Source: an uncultured virus (IMG/VR IMGVR_UViG_3300042480_000533) (Duplodnaviria; Heunggongvirae; Uroviricota; Caudoviricetes). Taken from it: 20,000 nt of DNA. The notes beneath the pieces are model-generated. The model was given only the letters and a program-made list of their open reading frames with translations, was not told where the DNA came from and did not search any database. Position 1 is the first letter of the stretch. Every line of letters begins with the position of its first letter. The stretch is taken from IMG/VR virus record IMGVR_UViG_3300042480_000533, one strand, 5' to 3'. Positions 8,179 through 14,828 of the stretch are shown piece after piece. Both the position numbers and the translations under genes were made by a program.

Positions 8179-9978
8179 ATGAATATCATGGATCTCATGG
8201 GCGAAAGCCTTAAGGTGGTATTCGGTGGGCGTTCGATGTCCTTCGCTACTGCGGCGATGAACGCGATGAAGATCGCGTCAGCCGTGGAAACGGAGGCAAA
8301 CGAGCCACCGAACAAGACCTGGGAGCGCAGCAAGATGCTGCTCCAGGAACTGATCTCGGCGGGGGTGCTTCACACCACTCAGATCAGTAACCCCACCACG
8401 GGGTTGGCACAGACCTACTGTGCCTTCACGGAAGGCTTCGCACTTCGGGAGTTCCGCAGAGAGCCGTGCCTCAAGGAAGAGGATCTCCTTACCACCTTTC
8501 GGACGGCGGGTGTTCTCAGCTACCTCGGTAGCTGTGGGATCCGCATCAACCCCGAGGTTGTGGCGTTCATCCGCCGCAACAAGGATCGGTACGAGAAGAC
8601 CGATTCCATGGGACGGAGGGTCACACCCCCGTCCCTGTTCCTCAAGGACGCACAGTCCTTGGAGAACGAGGAGGATGACCGCCCGATCTACATGGACTAC
8701 AAGAGTCCTGACGGTCGGCGCTTCTATGCACTTCACAATCGGTTTACCCACCAAGGTGCCGAATGGATGCGTGGCTCTGTGGATGCGGCTGAGGAGAAGC
8801 CGATCAAGCCCGAGGACATTGACGATGCGTTCAACATCGTCAGTGAAGAGACTGGCGTGACCCGTACCAACTGGCGCGCCATCCTCAAGGACGAGTCCCT
8901 GTGCTTCACGGGCAAGCACTTGGGCCTCAAGACCAGCAAGCCCGCAGCGGTGTACCGTGCTGCTCTCTTCTTCAAAGAAATCCTGGAGAAGGGACGGTCT
9001 GCGTACATCATCCAGCAGGACCAGACTTGCTCAGGGTTCCAGATCATCGCCATGCTGCTGGCATGTCGAAACCTGATGACCTTGACGAACCTGAACGGAG
9101 GCACGAAGCAGGACTTCTACACTGCTTCGTCGGATCTGGCAAGGGGCATGTATTCGGGTGAGTTCTTCCCCGAGTGCTTGTTCATCCGCAGCGGTGCCAA
9201 GTACTTTGTGCTTCGTATCGGCTACGGTGCGGCCACATCCTCGCTGGCACGGGGTCTCATCCTTACTAACCCGCAGGAGAGTCCCGTCCAGTACCTGAGC
9301 GAGGAGGGCGCATTCATTCCTGGAGTCCTCGACAAGCTCCCGATCCAGGACCTCAACGAGGACTACTACGAGATGTGGAAGTCCCTTGGGTGGAAGCGAG
9401 CGGTGGAGGTCAGTCAGCAGACCTCCAAGGCATACTACAATGCCATCATGCAGATCAGCCCCAAGCTGAGGTGGTTCCTGTCCAGTATGAAGCTGGCGAA
9501 CAAGGTCGCTCTTGACCGTGGCGAGTTCTTGTCGTGGGAGCCAATCCTAGGTGAGGTCAAGAAGAATGTCCGCTACACGGCGGACTGGAAGGCCAAGCCC
9601 CGCAAGGTGCAGTTCTTCGACAAGAACGGGAAGGAGTTCTATGTGAACATCCATCCCTTCATGAAGGATGCGGCGGCAAGCGCGGCTCCTCCGTGCTATG
9701 TCCACAGCTTTGATGGTGCAACCATCATGCTGGTGGTGGAGATGTGCAGGGAAATCGGTATCCCCATATACCCGATCCACGACTCCACCGGTACCACAGT
9801 GGACAACTTCAAGAAGGTGAAGCAGATGTGGCTGGATGCCACGCGGCACATCTTCTGCTACGGTCCCTCTCCGTTCTGGGATGTTGTCAAGCGGTACAAC
9901 CTCCCAGTTCCTGCATCTCTCTTTCCCAATGGGCAACCAGACCCCATCGATGTCTGGGGCGAGCACTTTATGGGTTGA
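8179..9978 (+). CDS. Single-subunit (T7/T3-family) DNA-dependent RNA polymerase, compact 599 aa
   Basis: Motif A QDQTCSGFQ (Asp at 9019; T7 DGSCSGIQH). Motif B RSGAKYFVLRIGYG (Rx3Kx7YG, 9187). APPCYVHSFDG (T7 APNFVHSQDG). Motif C IHDSTGT (Asp at 9781). DGRRFY...FTHQG (T7 DWRGRVY...FNPQG). GAAAGGT RBS before ATG 8179. Confidence 0.93.
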   Translation: MNIMDLMGESLKVVFGGRSMSFATAAMNAMKIASAVETEANEPPNKTWERSKMLLQELISAGVLHTTQISNPTTGLAQTYCAFTEGFALREFRREPCLKEEDLLTTFRTAGVLSYLGSCGIRINPEVVAFIRRNKDRYEKTDSMGRRVTPPSLFLKDAQSLENEEDDRPIYMDYKSPDGRRFYALHNRFTHQGAEWMRGSVDAAEEKPIKPEDIDDAFNIVSEETGVTRTNWRAILKDESLCFTGKHLGLKTSKPAAVYRAALFFKEILEKGRSAYIIQQDQTCSGFQIIAMLLACRNLMTLTNLNGGTKQDFYTASSDLARGMYSGEFFPECLFIRSGAKYFVLRIGYGAATSSLARGLILTNPQESPVQYLSEEGAFIPGVLDKLPIQDLNEDYYEMWKSLGWKRAVEVSQQTSKAYYNAIMQISPKLRWFLSSMKLANKVALDRGEFLSWEPILGEVKKNVRYTADWKAKPRKVQFFDKNGKEFYVNIHPFMKDAAASAAPPCYVHSFDGATIMLVVEMCREIGIPIYPIHDSTGTTVDNFKKVKQMWLDATRHIFCYGPSPFWDVVKRYNLPVPASLFPNGQPDPIDVWGEHFMG

Positions 9979-10004
9979 TTGAATCAACCAGAAGGGACAG
10001 AACA

Positions 10005-10493
10005 ATGAAGGTTATCGTTAAGTCTATCGGTAAGGGTGTCAAAGACCTCAACGCTGAGGTCGGGCACATCCCAGGTACCCAGTCGGGTACCACCCAGGTC
10101 TTCGTCCGCGAAGGTGACAAGATCAGGGTTCTCATCGACCTCGCTAACAAGAGCACCAAGTCTGCCTTCTGGCAGAAGAAGTTGGTGCAGAACGAGAACG
10201 GGTTGTTCGTTCTCCTCAGCAACGAGACCCCCGCTCAGGTCTTTGGCCATGAGCTGGTCATGGAGAAGAAGGACACCCAGTACCGTCTGGGTGTCAAGGT
10301 GACCGACAAGGAGGGCACCAAGCTCGGTGTCTTCTACGGTCCCATCGCCAACAGCCCCGAAGAGGCCAAGACTCTGTTCTGGTCCACATGGAACATGAAG
10401 GAACTCAATCCCTTTGTTCCCGAGGATCGCAAGACGGTGCATCTCCGCCTCACCGTAATGGGGTACCGCACTCAGGAGGTGGCCTCCTTCTGA
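10005..10493 (+). CDS. Hypothetical protein (162 aa) directly downstream of the RNAP
   Basis: AGGGA RBS, ATG 10005, strong C/G3 codon bias, beta-strand-like Lys/Val-rich sequence. Confidence 0.8.
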   Translation: MKVIVKSIGKGVKDLNAEVGHIPGTQSGTTQVFVREGDKIRVLIDLANKSTKSAFWQKKLVQNENGLFVLLSNETPAQVFGHELVMEKKDTQYRLGVKVTDKEGTKLGVFYGPIANSPEEAKTLFWSTWNMKELNPFVPEDRKTVHLRLTVMGYRTQEVASF

Positions 10494-10513
10494 CAGAATA
10501 GATAGAGCAGCAT

Positions 10514-10850
10514 AACCCCTTCGGGGTTTCTTGTGCCCCCTTTGGGGTACATCTGCCCCCTTCGGGGCCTTGGCTATAGGCCCTTCGGGAGTCATTCGAC
10601 CCTTCGGGACCTTGGCTGACCCTTCGGTGTGTGTGCCTGTGGGGGTCACTATCATCATTGGGTAGTCCCCTATGGGATATTTGCATTATTGCGTATACGC
10701 CCCTAGGGGGCTTTAGGCCCTTCGGGACCCCTACGGGTACCCTTCGGGCGTTAGAACGCCCTATAGGCGATCCTAGGGGCATTAGAATGGATGTGGTAAT
10801 CTCTTTGGGGAAGTGTTTCCCTTGGGGGTTACCTGTTTTTCCCCTTGGGA
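10514..10850. repeat. Array of short CCC-N3/4-GGG palindromic mini-hairpins
   Basis: CCTTCGG at 10518, 10559, 10582, 10601, 10621, 10719 and 10741, with a CCTTTGG variant at ~10539 (about 20-nt period), plus CCCTATGGG, CCCTAGGGG, CCCTACGGG, CCCTATAGG and CCCTTGGG variants. Confidence 0.75.
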
Positions 10851-11043
10851 CTGCCATAACATGTCATGTGACTGCCATTTCATGCCATATTGGCACACCC
10901 ACGCCCCAACGCACGCGAGATCCCAACACCAACGCGCCTTCGGCGTGCGGGCAACTCTAAGTTGCCCTTGGTGAGAAAATGTCAGGGTGATTGTCCACAG
11001 CGCGTATACTGTGACAATGACCCCCATTGCAAAAGGACAGAGA

Positions 11044-11304
11044 ATGGCAGATATCAATGAAGCAGCCGCAAAGTTGGCGGCATTCGGAGTGACCGTGACC
11101 ACCCAGCCCGTGAAGCGGGAGACGCGGGTGGTCGATCCCCTGAACAGGGCCATCGGTCTCTTGGCTGCGGCCAAGAACCCCAACCTCTCGGAAGAGAGCC
11201 GAGCAGCCGCCATGGCCCGCCTTGGCACTTTGCTCGACAGCCAGCCTGGGCTGGCATCCAGCGTGTCGGCTGTGGCTGAGAAGCAAGCCAACAACGGTCG
11301 ATGA
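11044..11304 (+). CDS. Hypothetical protein (86 aa, MADINEAAAK...)
   Basis: AAAGGA RBS, Ala-rich helical product, preceded by a long hairpin at 10985-11023. Confidence 0.7.
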   Translation: MADINEAAAKLAAFGVTVTTQPVKRETRVVDPLNRAIGLLAAAKNPNLSEESRAAAMARLGTLLDSQPGLASSVSAVAEKQANNGR

Positions 11305-11308
11305 AGCA

Positions 11309-11559
11309 GGACCTGAGCATGTCATAAAACTGCTCAACTTTACTAGGACGGGTTAAGCCTAGTGCGTTCACATGGTAACATGTGGGGTCCCGATTGCTAC
11401 AACCGTGGCAACTGTAGACTTGAAACACCTACAGCAAATATTGCCAGTTTCAACGGTAATGGGCTAACAAACATGGGATACTTAAACCCACATTCCATGT
11501 TTGGCAGGGTTATATAGGGTTACATGGGGCCATCTAGTGGAAACGCTAGGTGGTCTTTT
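11309..11559 (+). ncRNA. Putative structured non-coding RNA element A
   Basis: No credible ORF. Pseudoknot 11310-11336; hairpins 11341-11364, 11367-11386 (GUAA loop), 11412-11434 and 11440-11460 with complementary loops, 11468-11503; ends in a terminator. Confidence 0.5.
11528..11559 (+). terminator. Intrinsic terminator
   Basis: GGCCATCTAGTG-GAAA-CGCTAGGTGGTC followed by TTTT. Confidence 0.7.
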
Positions 11560-11571
11560 ACAGGAGGTGTC

Positions 11572-11691
11572 ATGAACGACGAAGTCAAAAAGCTGTTGGA
11601 TCAGCGAGAGATCTTGATCGACCAGATCAACATCCTACAAGCCGAGCTGTTAAAGCACGGTATCCCACTCCCGCCTGTACCAGAGGTTTAG
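11572..11691 (+). CDS. Small coiled-coil-like peptide (39 aa, MNDEVKKLLDQREILIDQINILQAELLKHGIPLPPVPEV)
   Basis: Strong AGGAGGTG RBS; below the ORF-track cutoff; translated by hand. Confidence 0.6.
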   Translation: MNDEVKKLLDQREILIDQINILQAELLKHGIPLPPVPEV

Positions 11692-11700
11692 TTCTCTGAC

Positions 11701-12120
11701 GGGCATTCTCCCCGCAAGGGGAAAGCCCACATAGGGCACCGCAAGCAACCTAGCCTATAGGCGGTTTATAAATAGTAGGACACCCTTTTGTTGTGGGTTT
11801 GGGAATAATCACCCCAAGCCAACCGAGCCTGAATATGCTCTGGTTATCAAAACTATTCTGGACTAAACGCAGCCATTGTCTGCAAAGACATAGTTTGGGC
11901 TGTATAGAACTTTGTTGTGGATAAGCCCCAACAAATACGCCGTCAAATTAGCGGTACACTCTAAGCCTGCACTAGAGGGTGATACTTCTCCTAGGTTGCA
12001 GCAGGAGCGGATATGGTTGCTGGCAAACCATATCTTGTTGAAAGGAGGCCACCGTGTTACTCCGAGCGGGCAATTCGGAGTTCCTTATAAGATGTACTCT
12101 GGTGTACAGAGTGCGCCTTT
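11701..12120 (+). ncRNA. Putative large structured non-coding RNA element B (~420 nt)
   Basis: Long-range pair GCAACCTAG (11745-11753)/CTAGGTTGC (11991-11999), GCAA-tetraloop hairpins, pseudoknot 11821-11858 and at least six further hairpins. Confidence 0.55.
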
Positions 12121-12135
12121 ACAGGAGAATAAACA

Positions 12136-12471
12136 ATGAAGCATCAAGTAAACTTGCTTGGCAACAGCGTGAAGCGACCAAGGATTCTGCTTGGTGATGG
12201 ATGTAGCCTGAGCATTCAGGCAAGTGAATACCATTACTGTACTCCTCGTTCATCCTTTGCAACCTTTTACACCGCATGGGAGATTGGGTTTCCTAGTAAG
12301 GCGATCCCAGAGATCCTGGAGTGGGCAGAGGATCCGGAGGATCCAACCGAAACAGTCTACGGGTATGTTCCTGTAGATGTGATTCTTGATGTGATCAAGG
12401 CCCGAGGTGGTACCGTACAGCAAGAAAAAACATATGAGCAAGCAACGCAAAATCAATCGTCGGAAGCGTAA
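12136..12471 (+). CDS. Conserved-looking phage hypothetical protein (SIQASEYHYCTPR...EIGFPS...TVYGYVP)
   Basis: AGGAG RBS, 111 aa; the motif pattern resembles a common phage hypothetical family (recall only). Confidence 0.8.
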   Translation: MKHQVNLLGNSVKRPRILLGDGCSLSIQASEYHYCTPRSSFATFYTAWEIGFPSKAIPEILEWAEDPEDPTETVYGYVPVDVILDVIKARGGTVQQEKTYEQATQNQSSEA

Positions 12472-12565
12472 GACTGGATATGTTAACCTAGTTCCTGCGT
12501 CTCCATTTACCCGTACATTCAACTCTTTCAAGGAATTCGCAGATGCAATGGTACATCGCAGTTGA
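12434..12565 (+). CDS. Small basic peptide (43 aa, MSKQRKINRRKRKTG...)
   Basis: Fills the gap between neighbours; its TGA overlaps the ATG of the next gene (TGATG). Confidence 0.45.
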   Translation: MSKQRKINRRKRKTGYVNLVPASPFTRTFNSFKEFADAMVHRS

Positions 12566-13017
12566 TGGGACAGTCTGGCCAACAGCCAAGGAAGCAAGGG
12601 AGGTCATGGATGGCCGTTGACCCTACCCTGTTCAACGAGGTGGTTACCAGAAAGACCGCCCTTCGGGAAAAGATGATTGGTGATGTCATGGTAAGTGGCA
12701 AGCCTAGGTGGGCTGCGGCTATGCTGGTTGACCAGCGGATGCCTACGACAACCAACCGAAAGCAACTTGCAGAGGTCGGTATTGATGTGACTGGGCCAGA
12801 CCAGATCCAGGAAATCCTGGATACCATGGCTATGTTTGGTGTTTATTTCATTAACACCAAGGGAATAACCAAGGAAGAATTCTGGGACATCCTCCAACCC
12901 ATTCTGGACGAGGAGATCACAGATCTCCCACCTAACAACGACATGTGTGAGTTTATTGAACTTCAGGGACAAGAGGGCAATAACGAGTTTTTCAATGTCC
13001 CAGTAAAGGAAATGTGA
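12565..13017 (+). CDS. Hypothetical protein (~150 aa, acidic C-terminus)
   Basis: ORF track; start uncertain (12565 or ATG at 12607 behind GGGAGG). Confidence 0.7.
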   Translation: MGQSGQQPRKQGRSWMAVDPTLFNEVVTRKTALREKMIGDVMVSGKPRWAAAMLVDQRMPTTTNRKQLAEVGIDVTGPDQIQEILDTMAMFGVYFINTKGITKEEFWDILQPILDEEITDLPPNNDMCEFIELQGQEGNNEFFNVPVKEM

Positions 13018-13021
13018 TAAC

Positions 13022-13261
13022 ATGGGTGACAACATCCGAATTGCTCTTTGGGAAGTCAACAGTGAGAATCCCAAGAGTCCTAAGTTCAATGGCATCGTGA
13101 CCATTGATGGCAAAGAAATCAAGGTGTCGGTATGGGATAACAAGGATGCTCAGCATCCCAAGGCCCCCCGACTCAAGGGCAAGACCTCGCGTCCTGCGCC
13201 TATGGCGGAAACGGCAGAACCTGAGACCCTGGATTCAGTCCAGGCACCTTTGCCTTTCTAA
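13022..13261 (+). CDS. Putative small ssDNA-binding protein (DUF736/Drc-like pattern)
   Basis: NPKSPKFNGIVTIDGKEIKVSVW beta-rich core, acidic/Pro linker and C-terminal LPF tail typical of phage SSBs. Confidence 0.55.
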   Translation: MGDNIRIALWEVNSENPKSPKFNGIVTIDGKEIKVSVWDNKDAQHPKAPRLKGKTSRPAPMAETAEPETLDSVQAPLPF

Positions 13262-13276
13262 TAACAATACATATAA

Positions 13277-13398
13277 GGGGAGTACTTAGGTTGACCTAGG
13301 ATACTCTAGGAGTTATAACATATAGTTATAATACTACTTAGGTAATATACCTAGGTAACCTAGAGTCCACGGTTAAACCTAAGTACTCCCCATTTTTT
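13277..13398. repeat. Nested palindrome with a 16-bp perfect terminal inverted repeat, followed by a T-tract
   Basis: GGGGAGTACTTAGGTT (13277-13292)/AACCTAAGTACTCCCC (13376-13391); inner ACTCTAGG/CCTAGAGT, TTATAAC/GTTATAA and TACTTAGGTA/TACCTAGGTA. Confidence 0.8.
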
Positions 13399-13407
13399 TC
13401 CCCGAGT

Positions 13408-13650
13408 ATGACTTTTAACCATAGACTAAATGTAACTCTAGAACAGGAGACCTATGATGTCCTAGTTCTTGTAGAAGGTGTTGTGATTCCTGAACCTTAT
13501 GGTTCTGTGGACAGATACAATCCAGTTGTTCTTTCCTTTAAGATCCTTAACCAAGACAATCCTGTACTGTATGATTTAATCAACACTATGTACATGTCTC
13601 AGCTGGAAGAAGCTGTAAGCAACAACTTTATTGGAGTAAATAATGAATAA
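13408..13650 (+). CDS. Hypothetical protein (80 aa)
   Basis: ORF track; overlaps the start of the next gene. Confidence 0.6.
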   Translation: MTFNHRLNVTLEQETYDVLVLVEGVVIPEPYGSVDRYNPVVLSFKILNQDNPVLYDLINTMYMSQLEEAVSNNFIGVNNE

Positions 13651-14017
13651 GAAAATTGCAGACATGTGGTGTGCAGCCCTACGGAGTGGGGAGTACACCC
13701 AAGGCAGGGGATCTCTTTGCACTGTGAATGACAACGGCAAGAAGTTTTGTTGCTTGGGTGTCCTTTGCGAGTTGTACAAGCAGCGCGACCCATCAATGGA
13801 TGTACGCTACTCATGGGCCACTGCCGATAGCAAATTTGTTTTATACAACTCCTATTCATGTAACCTTCCGCCAGAAGTTTGTCTATGGAGCGGTGTTAAA
13901 ACCCAGCTGGGATTCCGATGCAAAAATGGAAAAAGCCTTGTTCACCTAAATGATTCAAGTTATTTTTCTTTTGATCAGATCGCCAATGTAATCGAAGAAG
14001 AATGGGAGACACTGTGA
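13643..14017 (+). CDS. CCLGVL-family paralog 1
   Basis: WCAALRSGEYTQG...FCCLGVLCELY...LND...SFDQIANVIE; GGAG RBS. Confidence 0.85.
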   Translation: MNKKIADMWCAALRSGEYTQGRGSLCTVNDNGKKFCCLGVLCELYKQRDPSMDVRYSWATADSKFVLYNSYSCNLPPEVCLWSGVKTQLGFRCKNGKSLVHLNDSSYFSFDQIANVIEEEWETL

Positions 14018-14361
14018 ACCAAGAAATTAAGAATCGCTGGATTGACGCCCTCCGTAGTGGTGACTATGAGCAAGGTAAGAATTACCTGTGTAATAGGAAC
14101 GGTAGTGGAGGCAGAGAGTGGTGTTGCCTCGGTGTTCTCACCGACTTGTACCAGAAAGAAACAAACAACAAGCTTATTGCTACTGGTGACAATCCATGTA
14201 CTTTTGGTGCAGTTGTGTATGGTAATTCATGTCAGTTTCTTTCATCAGAAGTTCATGAGTGGGCTGGTCTTACCATCAAGCAGGTTGATGTGTGCATTAA
14301 ACTTAATGACACATATAGTGTAGGCTTTCAAGGCATTGCCGCTGTGGTTGATACTTGGTAG
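14014..14361 (+). CDS. CCLGVL-family paralog 2
   Basis: GTG start overlapping the previous TGA; WIDALRSGDYEQG...WCCLGVLTDLY...LND. Confidence 0.85.
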   Translation: MNQEIKNRWIDALRSGDYEQGKNYLCNRNGSGGREWCCLGVLTDLYQKETNNKLIATGDNPCTFGAVVYGNSCQFLSSEVHEWAGLTIKQVDVCIKLNDTYSVGFQGIAAVVDTW

Positions 14362-14380
14362 CAACCAATGGAGACAACAA

Positions 14381-14725
14381 ATGAAGAAAGAACTTAAACA
14401 AAAGTGGATTGATGCTCTCCGTAGTAAAGACTATCGACAGACAACCAACTGTCTTCGCCACAGAAGTGGGTATTGTTGTCTTGGTGTCCTTTGTGACATC
14501 GTGGATAACACCAAATGGTGTTCAAATGGACAGCAAGGATCAATGTACTACTTTGATTCAGGCTATGAAATTGCGTTTCCAGAAGAGTCTTGGTTGAACA
14601 CGATTGGTCTGCCAAAGGATAATGCTAATGCTTTGGCTAGAATGAACGATGAGGGCTTAGAATCATTTGAAAACATCGCGGATTGGATCGAAGAGAATGT
14701 GTTCGTAACTAGTGAACAACCTTGA
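14381..14725 (+). CDS. CCLGVL-family paralog 3
   Basis: GGAG RBS; WIDALRSKDYRQ...YCCLGVLCDI...MND...SFENIADWIE. Confidence 0.85.
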   Translation: MKKELKQKWIDALRSKDYRQTTNCLRHRSGYCCLGVLCDIVDNTKWCSNGQQGSMYYFDSGYEIAFPEESWLNTIGLPKDNANALARMNDEGLESFENIADWIEENVFVTSEQP

Positions 14726-14741
14726 TGTAATTGACACCTAG

Positions 14742-14814
14742 GCTTCGGTAACTCAGTTGGTAGAGTATCGGACTTTTAATCCGTTAGTCGCGGGTTCGAG
14801 TCCCGCCCGAAGCA
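14742..14814 (+). tRNA. trnK: tRNA-Lys, anticodon UUU (CCA not encoded)
   Basis: Acceptor GCTTCGG/CCGAAGC+A; D arm ACTC-AGTTGGTA-GAGT; anticodon loop CT-TTT-AA (TTT at 14775-14777); T arm GCGGG-TTCGAGT-CCCGC. Confidence 0.95.
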
Positions 14815-14828
14815 TTACAGGAATTCTT

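Noticed and set aside
9744..10004. Longer 249-aa version of the gene after the RNAP
   Set aside because: It overlaps RNAP motif C in another frame; RBS and codon bias begin at ATG 10005.
10509..10532. AGCATAACCCCTT identity to the start of the T7 T-phi terminator (vector contamination?)
   Set aside because: Only 13 nt match and the rest of T-phi is absent. It may be a native terminator but is not vector sequence.
10514..10750. CRISPR array interpretation of the CCTTCGG repeats
   Set aside because: Repeats are only 7-9 nt with ~12-nt gaps, and there are no cas genes; this is not repeat-spacer geometry.
10450..10960. ORFs 10631-10960 (+) and 10450-10857 (-)
   Set aside because: Pro/Gly-rich translations of the palindrome array with no RBS.
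11701..12120. RNase P, tmRNA, hammerhead or group I/II intron identity
   Set aside because: GGGGAAAGCCC...ATAGGGC only loosely recalls RNase P. There is no GAGGAAAGUCC, tRNA-like ends, CUGAnGA core or intron domain V.
11912..12139. 75-aa ORF with TTG start
   Set aside because: No RBS, atypical composition, and it runs through multiple hairpins; better explained as structured RNA.
14757..14828. N-terminal extension of ORF 14757-15101
   Set aside because: It overlaps the tRNA; the real start is ATG 14829.
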